DNA from: Gammaproteobacteria bacterium
Lineage (GTDB): Bacteria; Pseudomonadota; Gammaproteobacteria; JAJDYQ01
Length of the DNA: 44,154 nucleotides
Assembly (NCBI GenBank): GCA_026196145.1
Contig: JAPHTU010000158.1
Span: forward strand, 1-44,154
Direction: 5' to 3'
Part shown: positions 35,348 to 44,154 of the stretch, piece after piece
How positions within the stretch are numbered: position 1 is the stretch's first letter
Layout of the letters: the number at the start of each line of letters is the position of its first letter
The notes under the pieces: generated by a model
Seen by the model: the letters and a program-made list of their open reading frames with translations, nothing else
Told to the model about the DNA's origin: nothing
The model's database searches: none
Translations under genes and position numbers: made by a program

Positions 35348-35509
35348 ATGTTACCACTGAATGATGAATGGCTGAGTTGGCCGCCAGAATCGCTGGATAG
35401 TTTTTTCTCCGGTAGCCCACAAGCCAGATGTGACGATGACATCTGTCCGGAAGAGCAGGCGCCTGCAAGGCAACCACAACAGGAGCATAGCCATGAAACC
35501 AGCAAGTGA
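35348..35509 (+). CDS. Candidate small acidic ORF (53 aa) upstream of and overlapping the sortase-target gene
   Basis: AGGAG sits 6 nt upstream of the ATG at 35348. The product is MLPLNDEWLSWPPESLDSFFSGSPQARCDDDICPEEQAPARQPQQEHSHETSK. Its stop (35507-35509) lies 17 nt inside the downstream CDS in another frame. I recognise no homology, so it could be a chance ORF. Confidence 0.25.
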   Translation: MLPLNDEWLSWPPESLDSFFSGSPQARCDDDICPEEQAPARQPQQEHSHETSK

Positions 35510-37685
35510 AATTTCATCCGCGAGTATCTTTCTACACTGCCTGTTGCAGTCCATTGCCATCGGCCTGGGGTGTGTGGCGCTGTTTACACTGGTCATTGTA
35601 CTGCTGACATCTTCAGCCACGGCACAGGAAGTGGCGCTCAATGATCAGACTAGTGATCTCATCAGTATCAATCAACCACAGCAGGGCAGCCTGTTATTCA
35701 AGACCTCCCATCGTCACCTATACCGATATGCACCGGTACTCAATACTGATGTTGCCATGGATATCACGGCAATGACCGCACGGGTCAGGCTAACCCAGAC
35801 GTTTCGCAACCAGGGGCAGGATTGGGTAGAGGGGATTTACGTATTCCCTCTGCCCGAGAATGCTGCAGTTGATCATATGCGCATGCAAATCGGTGAACGT
35901 GTCATCGAAGGGCAGATCAAGGAACGCCAACAGGCCAAACGGATTTACGAAAAAGCCAGGGCGAGTGGCAGAAAAGCTGCGCTGATTGAACAGGAGAGGC
36001 CCAATATGTTTACCAATTCAGTGGCGAACATCGGTCCTGGAGAAACGATAAAAATCACCATCGAGTACCAGCAATCCATCAGCTATAGCAATGAAAGATT
36101 CAGTGTACGCTTTCCCATGACCATCACACCCCGCTATATGCCGGGAAAACCTCTACCTACCATGGAAGAGTCGTTACCGGCCAGCGCAGGCATGGGCTGG
36201 GCACTTAACACCACTGAAGTGCCTGATGCCTCCAGGATCTCACCGCCTGTACTGGATGAAGGTGAGACACCGGTAAACCCGGTCAACATGCATATCAACC
36301 TGAATGCCGGCATACCGCTGGCGGCCATCAACAGTTTGTATCACCCGATTGATATGACACGTGGTAAAAATGGCAAGGCAAAGATAACGTTAAGTGCCAA
36401 AAAAGTACCTGCCGATCGTGACTTTGTACTGCAATGGCTACCAGCGACATCACATGCACCACGGGCGGCCCTGTTTACAGAGCGTAAGCAAGGTACAGAA
36501 GGTAACGACCAGTTTTATAGCCTGATGATGGTTATGCCGCCTGTCGGTGAAATACCGCAGGCGCTGCCAAGAGAAGTCGTATTTATCATAGATACATCAG
36601 GCTCAATGGGTGGCGAAAGTATCCGCCAGGCCCGTTCAGCCTTGAGTCTGGCCGTCAAACGGCTCAAGCCCACGGATCGCTTTAACGTGATCCAGTTTAA
36701 CTCGACCACCCATGCACTTTTCAACCAACCGGTCATGGCCAACCAGTACAATATCAACCGGGCAATCGATTACGTCGATGGACTCAAGGCAGGTGGAGGT
36801 ACGCAAATGCGCCCGGCCCTGAATCTGGCGCTATCTTACCCAGTGCAGAAACAATATATGCAGCAGGTTGTCTTCCTGACCGATGGTGCGGTAGGCAATG
36901 AAACCGCGTTATTTCAGATCATTCATAACAAACTGGATGATGTCCGGCTGTTCACGGTTGGCATCGGTTCCGCACCCAACAGCTTCTTTATGAGTAAAGC
37001 CGCCCAGTTCGGTCGTGGCACATTTACCTACATCGGCAACATCAGCGAAGTTACCGAAAAAATGGTCACGTTGTTTGGCAAGCTGGAAACCCCCATGATG
37101 CGCGACCTGCAACTGCATTGGCCTGAAAATATGGGGAAGGTCGATGTCTATCCCAAACGTCTGCCGGATATCTATGCCGGTGAACCCCTGGTTATTACCG
37201 CTAAATCCACCGCATTATCTGGTGAAATAAAAATCACCGGCCAGCGTGGGCAACAACCCTGGTCAGCCAGTTTTCCACTCAATAGCCGGGCGAAACAACC
37301 GGGCGTTGGCGTGTTATGGGCTAGAAACCGCATCGAGTCATTAATGGATAGTCTACGCGATGGTGCAGACAAGTCACAGGTACGCCAGCAGGTGATCGAT
37401 ACCGCACTCAATCACCACCTGGTGAGCAAATATACCAGCCTGGTTGCAGTCGATGTAATACCATCCCGACCTGTTGAGGAATCACTCAAGAAAACTGCCG
37501 TAGCAACTAATTTGCCACACGGCATGCAGCGTGCAAAGGTGTTTGGTGCCTCCATGGCAAAAACAGCCACCCCGGCACAACTTCATATGATGATCGGTTT
37601 CATTGTTCTGCTCCTGCTTGGAGCATATTGGGGATTCTCCGGACGGTGCTCCTCCCACCGTACTCCCCAGCGGATGTCGGCATGA
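35493..37685 (+). CDS. Secreted VIT-vWA domain protein with a C-terminal sortase-type sorting signal (proteobacterial sortase target)
   Basis: AGGAG RBS 7 nt upstream of the ATG at 35493, and a signal peptide ending ...LLTSSATA/QE. The VIT-like region is LLFKTS...ARVRLTQTFRNQG..WVEGIYVFPLPENAAVDHMRMQIGERVIEGQIKERQQAKRIYE. The vWA domain has MIDAS residues: DTSGS (36591-36605), GGT and LTDG. The C-terminus is MAKTAT (37554-37571), then the hydrophobic LHMMIGFIVLLLLGAYWGF, then the basic tail SGRCSSHRTPQRMSA. Confidence 0.88.
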   Translation: MKPASEISSASIFLHCLLQSIAIGLGCVALFTLVIVLLTSSATAQEVALNDQTSDLISINQPQQGSLLFKTSHRHLYRYAPVLNTDVAMDITAMTARVRLTQTFRNQGQDWVEGIYVFPLPENAAVDHMRMQIGERVIEGQIKERQQAKRIYEKARASGRKAALIEQERPNMFTNSVANIGPGETIKITIEYQQSISYSNERFSVRFPMTITPRYMPGKPLPTMEESLPASAGMGWALNTTEVPDASRISPPVLDEGETPVNPVNMHINLNAGIPLAAINSLYHPIDMTRGKNGKAKITLSAKKVPADRDFVLQWLPATSHAPRAALFTERKQGTEGNDQFYSLMMVMPPVGEIPQALPREVVFIIDTSGSMGGESIRQARSALSLAVKRLKPTDRFNVIQFNSTTHALFNQPVMANQYNINRAIDYVDGLKAGGGTQMRPALNLALSYPVQKQYMQQVVFLTDGAVGNETALFQIIHNKLDDVRLFTVGIGSAPNSFFMSKAAQFGRGTFTYIGNISEVTEKMVTLFGKLETPMMRDLQLHWPENMGKVDVYPKRLPDIYAGEPLVITAKSTALSGEIKITGQRGQQPWSASFPLNSRAKQPGVGVLWARNRIESLMDSLRDGADKSQVRQQVIDTALNHHLVSKYTSLVAVDVIPSRPVEESLKKTAVATNLPHGMQRAKVFGASMAKTATPAQLHMMIGFIVLLLLGAYWGFSGRCSSHRTPQRMSA
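37554..37685 (+). other. Tripartite sorting-signal-like tail (motif, TM helix, basic tail) of the VIT-vWA protein
   Basis: Direct translation gives ...GASMAKTATPAQ-LHMMIGFIVLLLLGAYWGF-SGRCSSHRTPQRMSA*. The KTAT core is present but there is no LP immediately before it. An LPHG lies 14 aa upstream (37512-37523). Confidence 0.7.
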
Positions 37686-38263
37686 AGAGGTTAGTCTTCA
37701 TCGGCATCCTTTTTCTGGGCCTGGCCGAATTCGGGTATGGTGCCTGGATTCCGGCCAAGGCCTGGCTTTCTCAGGTGTTACTAACCCACGCGTGGCAGGA
37801 AACACTTGAAAACGGACAATCAAACAAACCCTGGCCATGGGCAGATACCTGGCCGGTTTTGAGATTCACCCATGAACCTAGCAGCACCAATCTACTGGTG
37901 TTACAGGGCGATTCAGGGCAGGCGCTGGCATTTGGGCCCGGATTAACCAGTCAAAGCCCGATGCCCGGTAGCACGGGCAACACCATCATCAGCGCACACC
38001 GCGATACCCATTTTGGTTTTCTACAACAGGCCAAGGCGGGCGATATGATCGAACTTCAGGACAGACAGGGGAATCACTACCAGTACCAGCTTATTGCCAT
38101 GGATATCGTGGATAGCAAAACCACTCAACTACAGATAGACACCCCGGATGACCGGGTCACGCTGGTGACCTGCTATCCCTTCAACCAGATAACTACAGGC
38201 GGATCGCTGCGATACGTGGTGACAGGGGAGAAAGTCAGTGAGCGGATAACCAATAAAACCTGA
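37682..38263 (+). CDS. Sortase (Gram-negative/marine proteobacterial type cysteine transpeptidase)
   Basis: N-terminal TM anchor MKRLVFIGILFLGLAEFGYGAW. Catalytic His context IISAHRDTHF, Cys in VTLVTCYPF (TLxTC signature), and Arg in SLRYVV. The ATG at 37682 overlaps the target-gene stop (gcATGA). The track's alternative GTG at 37628 is less likely. Confidence 0.88.
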   Translation: MKRLVFIGILFLGLAEFGYGAWIPAKAWLSQVLLTHAWQETLENGQSNKPWPWADTWPVLRFTHEPSSTNLLVLQGDSGQALAFGPGLTSQSPMPGSTGNTIISAHRDTHFGFLQQAKAGDMIELQDRQGNHYQYQLIAMDIVDSKTTQLQIDTPDDRVTLVTCYPFNQITTGGSLRYVVTGEKVSERITNKT

Positions 38264-38399
38264 ACAAGCCTGTCACCGTCCCAAATGAGCTGAACAGGCA
38301 AAGGATTAAAGTTCCATACACCCCATCAGGACAAGCTCGCACTATCCCGGCCAGATGGTACAATTACTAAAGACTCACTCGATTGTACTGACCTGCAAT

Positions 38400-39461
38400 A
38401 TGGCTAATTTGGCCGACATTCCTTTCGTTCCTGTTACCAACGTACCTATTACCGCACAGGTAACAGGGTCGCAACCCGTGCTTGATGATGCCGCACGCGC
38501 CAGGATGATCGCGACCATCAAGCAAAAACTGATCGAGCAGGATGCCGTGCTGGTCGCCCATTACTATACCGACCAGGACATCCAGCAACTGGCAGAGGAA
38601 ACCGGCGGTTATATCTCCGATTCGCTGGAGATGGCCCGTTTCGGCAAAGAACACCCGGCAAGCACCCTGATCGTTGCGGGCGTGCGATTCATGGGTGAGA
38701 CCGCCAAGATTCTGAGTCCGGAAAAACGGGTACTCATGCCAACTCTTGAGGCCGAATGTTCACTGGACCTTGGCTGTCCAGCGGACAAGTTCAGTGAGTT
38801 TTGCGACCAGCATCCTGACCGAACCGTGGTGGTTTATGCCAATACCAGCGCGGAGGTAAAGGCGAGGGCAGACTGGGTAGTCACCTCAAGTATTGCACTC
38901 AAGGTCGTGCAACACCTGCATGAAAAGGGCGAAAAGATAATCTGGGCGCCGGACAAACACCTCGGCAGATATGTGCAGAAGCTTTCCGGTGCCGACATGA
39001 TCAACTGGCAGGGAGACTGTGTTGTTCACAATGAATTTCGTACCCATGCACTAGAGCGTTTAATTGGTGAGTACCCTGATGCGGCAGTTCTGGTACATCC
39101 CGAATCACCCGAATCTGTGATCGAATTTGCCGATGTTGTTGGCTCGACAACGCAACTGATCAATGCCACCCACGACCTGCCCAACAAGGAATTTATTGTT
39201 GCGACAGACAAAGGTATTTTCTACAAGATGAAACAGGCTTCTCCTGACAAGAAACTGATAGAAGCACCAACGGGCGGGGAAGGGGCCAGCTGTCAAAGTT
39301 GTGCACACTGCCCATGGATGGCAATGAACAGCCTGCACGCGCTGTTGCAGACACTGGAAACAGGTGAAAATGAAATCCAGGTGGATGAGGCTATTCGACA
39401 AAAGGCATTGATATCTACACAGCGGATGCTGGACTTCAGGGAATCACTCCCTAATACATAG
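38400..39461 (+). CDS. nadA: Quinolinate synthase A
   Basis: Near-colinear with E. coli NadA by eye: [109 protein letters not shown] prefer the ATG at 38400 over 38355. Confidence 0.94.
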   Translation: MANLADIPFVPVTNVPITAQVTGSQPVLDDAARARMIATIKQKLIEQDAVLVAHYYTDQDIQQLAEETGGYISDSLEMARFGKEHPASTLIVAGVRFMGETAKILSPEKRVLMPTLEAECSLDLGCPADKFSEFCDQHPDRTVVVYANTSAEVKARADWVVTSSIALKVVQHLHEKGEKIIWAPDKHLGRYVQKLSGADMINWQGDCVVHNEFRTHALERLIGEYPDAAVLVHPESPESVIEFADVVGSTTQLINATHDLPNKEFIVATDKGIFYKMKQASPDKKLIEAPTGGEGASCQSCAHCPWMAMNSLHALLQTLETGENEIQVDEAIRQKALISTQRMLDFRESLPNT

Positions 39462-39510
39462 CCGCTTAGCCAGCGCTCATCAGGCATGCATTAAAACGGG
39501 GCAATACAAC

Positions 39511-40158
39511 TTGGATAAATATACAGCACCCCATTTTGAACAATCAGCATTGATAACGATCGATACCCAGAATGACTTTACCCTGGAGAATGCACCGCTA
39601 CTAATTGCGGGTACAAGGGAGGTCATTCCAAACATGAACCGCTTGCTGAATGCATATAGAAATAAAGGCCTGTTGATTATTCATGTGGTCAGGCTATACA
39701 TTAGCGATGGTTCAAATGTTGACATGTGCCGAAGAGAGGCTGTTGAAGACGGGATGGAAGTGCTTACCCCTGGAACCGATGGGGCCGATCTGGTAGGTGA
39801 AATCAAACCGAATAGCACTGTTAAACTCGACTCAAATGCACTTTTATCAGGCAAGTTCCAACAAATCGGCGATAACGAATATGTTATGTATAAACCAAGG
39901 TGGGGCGCATTCTTCAAAACCTCGCTTGAAGAATTTCTACAAGGTCATGGAACGAATACACTGGTATTCTGCGGATGTAATTACCCGAACTGCCCAAGAA
40001 CAAGCATATATGAAGCAAGCGAGAGAGACTTGCGACTTGTGCTTGCCAAGGATGCCATTTCACAGTTGTATCCCAAAGGCGAAGAAGAAATGATCGGGAT
40101 TGGTGTAAACATACTAACGACAAGTGAGATTGAAGTAACCCTGAAACCGCAAGGCTAA
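39511..40158 (+). CDS. Isochorismatase-family cysteine hydrolase
   Basis: TTG start. SALITIDTQNDF (Asp), YKPRWGAFFKTSLEEFL (Lys) and TLVFCGCNYPNCPRTS (nucleophile Cys) form the family triad pattern. Substrate unknown. Confidence 0.75.
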   Translation: MDKYTAPHFEQSALITIDTQNDFTLENAPLLIAGTREVIPNMNRLLNAYRNKGLLIIHVVRLYISDGSNVDMCRREAVEDGMEVLTPGTDGADLVGEIKPNSTVKLDSNALLSGKFQQIGDNEYVMYKPRWGAFFKTSLEEFLQGHGTNTLVFCGCNYPNCPRTSIYEASERDLRLVLAKDAISQLYPKGEEEMIGIGVNILTTSEIEVTLKPQG

Positions 40159-40184
40159 ACCTGAATAACCATGAGTGATAATAT

Positions 40185-40892
40185 TTAATTTATCTTTTTT
40201 AGATTAAACGTCTTTTCCTCAAAACTCGCCTGGTCGTGTTGTTTGAATCTTAGACCATCAACCAGTGGCATCTCGATGGCTCCACGTGGTTCCATAAACT
40301 GTAGCTCCTTAACCTTGACGCTATAATGTTTCTCATCGCTGCTTTGCTTTGCATCCTGCCGCTTGGCGCGCTCTATTGATGACAAACGACCACGTTCGAG
40401 CCATACATCACCCAGCGTATTATCGGTTTGGCATTCATACATCATGGCAATGAAGTTACCGATATACTCAACATCCGGCTTCAGGCTAACCTGTCCCGCG
40501 GCGATCTGCCCGGCAACCGGGAATCCTTCGTAACGTATATGCGGGGTGGTGACCTCGTGCAGGCCCCTGTCCAGGTAGACACCCTCGGTCGACTTACAAT
40601 CGAACATGCCTTGCGGGTGAGAATAGGGCACCGGTTTGCCAATTAATCTTGCCTTACCGCTGCCGATATCAAACTGCTGATTTCTGACATGGAAGATAAT
40701 TGTCACTTCCCAGTCCTGCTTCAGGCCCGCCGTGAGCATGCGGGTGCCGTAGAAAAACAGGTTGCTACCCTTAATGGTGAGTTGCCACTCGCCATTGAGT
40801 GTTTTTGCACTAGCCGGGGAGGCTAAAGATGATATGAGGCAGAAAACAAGCAGGCCCTGGAGTATCAACTGCCATGACCTGCCTGAATTCAT
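40185..40892 (-). CDS. Hypothetical secreted protein
   Basis: 235-aa ORF with a signal peptide, MNSGRSWQLILQGLLVFCLISSLASPASA/KT. No family recognised. Its start lies 6 nt after the trxB stop. Confidence 0.6.
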   Translation of the reverse strand: MNSGRSWQLILQGLLVFCLISSLASPASAKTLNGEWQLTIKGSNLFFYGTRMLTAGLKQDWEVTIIFHVRNQQFDIGSGKARLIGKPVPYSHPQGMFDCKSTEGVYLDRGLHEVTTPHIRYEGFPVAGQIAAGQVSLKPDVEYIGNFIAMMYECQTDNTLGDVWLERGRLSSIERAKRQDAKQSSDEKHYSVKVKELQFMEPRGAIEMPLVDGLRFKQHDQASFEEKTFNLKKIN

Positions 40893-40898
40893 GGCTGT

Positions 40899-41870
<972 letters not shown>

Positions 41871-41969
41871 TTATAACCGGCGTTTGCGGAACAATTATTC
41901 TAGAAAATAGCTGATAATGGTACGGTAACAATATAACCGGGTAAACCTCACCACCTACAAGGGATAAAA

Positions 41970-43025
41970 ATGCGTATTGGTATACCAACCGAAATCAAGG
42001 CCGAGGAGGGACGGGTAGCACTGACCCCCGAGGCCTGTCAGATGCTGGTGCATCAGTCACATGAAGTGGTCATGCAGACTGGTGCGGGGCTGAACAGCGG
42101 CTACTCCGATGCCGAATACCAGGCTGTGGGTGTTACCATCCTGCCTAACCCCAAAGATGTGTATGGCGATTGCGATTTGCTGGTAAAGGTCAAGGAACCA
42201 CAGCCACATGAAGTCGAATGGTTTAAGCCCGGCCAGTTACTGTTCTGCTATTTACATCTGGCGGCATTGCCGGAATTGACTGATGCCCTGCTGGAAAGCG
42301 GGGTGACCGCCCTTGGATTTGAAATTGTTAAGGTAGACAACAGGTTACCCCTGTTGTCCCCTATGAGCCATGTAGCGGGACGTCTGGCAGTGCAGACAGC
42401 CACCCAGCTGTTGCACAGTACCCGGGGCGGCAAGGGCCTGTTGCTGGGTGGTGTGGATGGTACTGACCCCGGTCATGCGGTGGTTATTGGCGCCGGAGAG
42501 GCCGGTATGGCGGCAGCACGCGACCTGCTATGCAGTGGTGCCAAGGTTACTTTACTGGACATCAATGCCGAGCGACTGGCAGCGATGAAGGACGAGCACC
42601 CGGCATTACATACCCTGAATTCCCGAGACCCCGATGTGGTGCGTACAGTTGTTGCCAACGCCGATGTATTAATTGGCGCCGCGCTGGTTGCGGGCAGAAA
42701 AGCTCCCGTCGTGGTAACAAGGGAAATGGTCCGGGACATGCCCGATGGCGGTGCCATCGTTGATATCGCGATTGATCAGGGGGGCTGCATCGAAACCAGC
42801 CGTCCCACCAGTTACGACAATCCGGTTTATGTAGATGAGGGCATGCTGCATTTTTGTGTGACCAATATGCCCGGCGCCGTTCCCAGGACCTCGACCCAGG
42901 CATTGTCCCACGTGATCACGCCCTATGTGGCCCAAATCGCCAGTGGCCAGATTACAGACGATCGGGTGCTGCAGGGGGCTATCTATCTTGAGGGTGGTGA
43001 AATACAATATGCGGGCTTGAAGTAA
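41970..43025 (+). CDS. ald: Alanine dehydrogenase
   Basis: MRIGIPTEIKAEEGRVALTP...LLVKVKEP...FCYLHLAA...LPLLSPMSHVAGR...VVIGAGEAG...VDIAIDQGGC.ET...HFCVTNMPGAVPRTST. At 351 aa it is slightly shorter than typical Ald proteins at the C-terminus. Confidence 0.9.
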   Translation: MRIGIPTEIKAEEGRVALTPEACQMLVHQSHEVVMQTGAGLNSGYSDAEYQAVGVTILPNPKDVYGDCDLLVKVKEPQPHEVEWFKPGQLLFCYLHLAALPELTDALLESGVTALGFEIVKVDNRLPLLSPMSHVAGRLAVQTATQLLHSTRGGKGLLLGGVDGTDPGHAVVIGAGEAGMAAARDLLCSGAKVTLLDINAERLAAMKDEHPALHTLNSRDPDVVRTVVANADVLIGAALVAGRKAPVVVTREMVRDMPDGGAIVDIAIDQGGCIETSRPTSYDNPVYVDEGMLHFCVTNMPGAVPRTSTQALSHVITPYVAQIASGQITDDRVLQGAIYLEGGEIQYAGLK

Positions 43026-43097
43026 ACACCTCAGCGTAAGTAAAATCCCATATAATATATATAGTTACATTAACTATTTAGACTGACATCTAAAATT

Positions 43098-44154
43098 TTG
43101 GCGCAGGCAAAGAAACAGAACGCACCGGCTAACCCAATGCCGGCCTATATGGTACGTGCCCTGAAAGAAGGGGCATTTCTACTACTGGCTTTTATTGCCA
43201 TTTATGGGCTGGTTTCACTGGCAACCTATAACCGCATGGATCAGGGTTTTACCTTCAGTGGCGATGGTTCCGGTGTGATTCGCAATACGGGCGGTGCCGC
43301 TGGCGCGTGGTTGGCCGATTTCTTTATGTTCGCCTTTGGCTATATGGCCTACCTGTTACCGGTCGTGCTGGTCTACATTGGTTGGCTGATCCATAACTGG
43401 CAACAGGATTTCAAACAATTTGCACTGCATGTTTTATTACCACGAGGCACGGGTTTTATCGTGCTCGTTATCGCCGGCGCAGGCCTGGCCAGCATGCACT
43501 TTTATGGTGACAACATGCCGGAACAGGCGGGTGGTGTTATCGGAAAACTCGCCAGCGAATCGCTTATCGGCAATATTGGTTTCCTTGGCACCACGCTATT
43601 ACTACTGGCACTCTTTCTTACCGCAGTCAGTTTGATTACCTCGGTATCGTGGCTGACTGTCATGGACATCACCGGTCTGTATACGCTCAAAATGTTCGGC
43701 CAGATTGGTAATCGCATTGATATCTGGAAAGACAGACGTGAGGGCGAAAAGGTCAAGATCAAACGCCACGAAACCGTACAGGTAAAGCAAAAACTACGGC
43801 AGCAAAAAGCACCACCCAAGATCGCCCGTAAGGCCAAACCGCCGGCCATCAGTGAGCGTGTTGAAAAGGAAAAACAGGTTCGCCTGTTTGATACCCCGGA
43901 AGATTCCGGTGAGGTACCGCCACTCTCATTGCTTGATGATCCACCGGTATTTGAAGGTGGTTACTCGCAGGATGCGCTGGAAGCACTTTCACAACTGGTC
44001 GAGCTCAAGCTGAAGGATTTTAATATCGATGTTACCGTGGAGGCCGTCATTCCCGGACCGGTCATCACGCGTTTTGAATTACTGCCAGCCCCCGGGCTGA
44101 AGGTCAGTAAGGTAACCAATCTGACCAAAGACCTGGCGCGTGCCCTGTCGGTAT
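43098..44154 (+). CDS. ftsK: DNA translocase FtsK, 5' part, open to the window edge
   Basis: Not in the ORF track because it has no stop. My translation gives four N-terminal TM segments (AFLLLAFIAIYGLVSL, WLADFFMFAFGYMAYLLPVVLVYIGW, FIVLVIAGAGLASM, GTTLLLLALFLTAVSLI). A basic/Pro linker follows, then PPLSLLDDP...LVELKLKDFNIDVTVEAVIPGPVITRFELLPAPGLKVSKV, the start of the FtsK alpha domain. The start is uncertain: TTG 43098 or ATG 43137. Confidence 0.88.
   Translation, partial: MAQAKKQNAPANPMPAYMVRALKEGAFLLLAFIAIYGLVSLATYNRMDQGFTFSGDGSGVIRNTGGAAGAWLADFFMFAFGYMAYLLPVVLVYIGWLIHNWQQDFKQFALHVLLPRGTGFIVLVIAGAGLASMHFYGDNMPEQAGGVIGKLASESLIGNIGFLGTTLLLLALFLTAVSLITSVSWLTVMDITGLYTLKMFGQIGNRIDIWKDRREGEKVKIKRHETVQVKQKLRQQKAPPKIARKAKPPAISERVEKEKQVRLFDTPEDSGEVPPLSLLDDPPVFEGGYSQDALEALSQLVELKLKDFNIDVTVEAVIPGPVITRFELLPAPGLKVSKVTNLTKDLARALSV

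Noticed and set aside
35430-35492. The track's upstream ATG start for the VIT-vWA protein (MTMTSVRKSRRLQGNHNRSIA...).
   Set aside because: The ATG at 35493 has a consensus AGGAG 7 nt upstream and begins a normal signal peptide. The 21-aa extension has no RBS.
35248-35517. 89-aa Cys-rich minus-strand ORF (MKFHLLVSWLCSCCGCLAGACSS...) in the sortase-system control region.
   Set aside because: It has no RBS and overlaps both the candidate uORF and the target-gene start on the opposite strand. Its composition looks like a shadow frame.
38268-38299. GCCTGT...ACAGGC inverted repeat downstream of the sortase, considered as a possible terminator.
   Set aside because: It has a 6-bp stem, a 20-nt loop and no U-tract, so it is too weak to call.
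38355-38399. An upstream ATG extending nadA by 15 aa ([15 protein letters not shown]).
   Set aside because: The extension has no counterpart in NadA as I remember it, and 38400 gives an E. coli-like length. Neither start has a strong SD, so this remains uncertain.

Overview
This window looks like a gammaproteobacterial core chromosome segment, and nearly all of it is conserved housekeeping genes. The order on the + strand is rpsB-tsf-pyrH-frr-uppS-cdsA-dxr-rseP-bamA-skp-lpxD-fabZ-lpxA-lpxB-rnhB-dnaE-accA-tilS-pyrG-kdsA-(small membrane ORF)-eno-ftsB-ispD-ispF-truD, with glnD and map diverging from rpsB at the left edge. Several pairs overlap by ATGA (lpxB/rnhB, pyrG/kdsA, ftsB/ispD, ispD/ispF). 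The conserved order stops after truD. A block of about 7.4 kb (30.9-38.3 kb) follows and is the most interesting part of the window. It holds a soluble Hanks-type Ser/Thr kinase fused to a cyclic-nucleotide-binding domain. It also holds a complete 'dedicated sortase system' of the Gram-negative/marine proteobacterial type: a sensor histidine kinase with a large periplasmic domain, an OmpR-type response regulator, a VIT-vWA secreted protein ending in a sorting-signal-like tail, and a sortase translationally coupled to it. The sorting motif reads MAKTAT, so the usual LP is missing. The divergent control region carries a tandem direct repeat and a possible small acidic uORF. The right end carries nadA, an isochorismatase-family hydrolase, an orphan secreted protein coupled to trxB, ald, and the 5' part of ftsK. 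Ribosomal protein S2 has an unusual ~80-aa Lys/Ala-rich repeat tail. I saw no rRNA, tRNA, CRISPR, transposase or integrase. All family assignments come from reading motifs by eye; no database search was possible.
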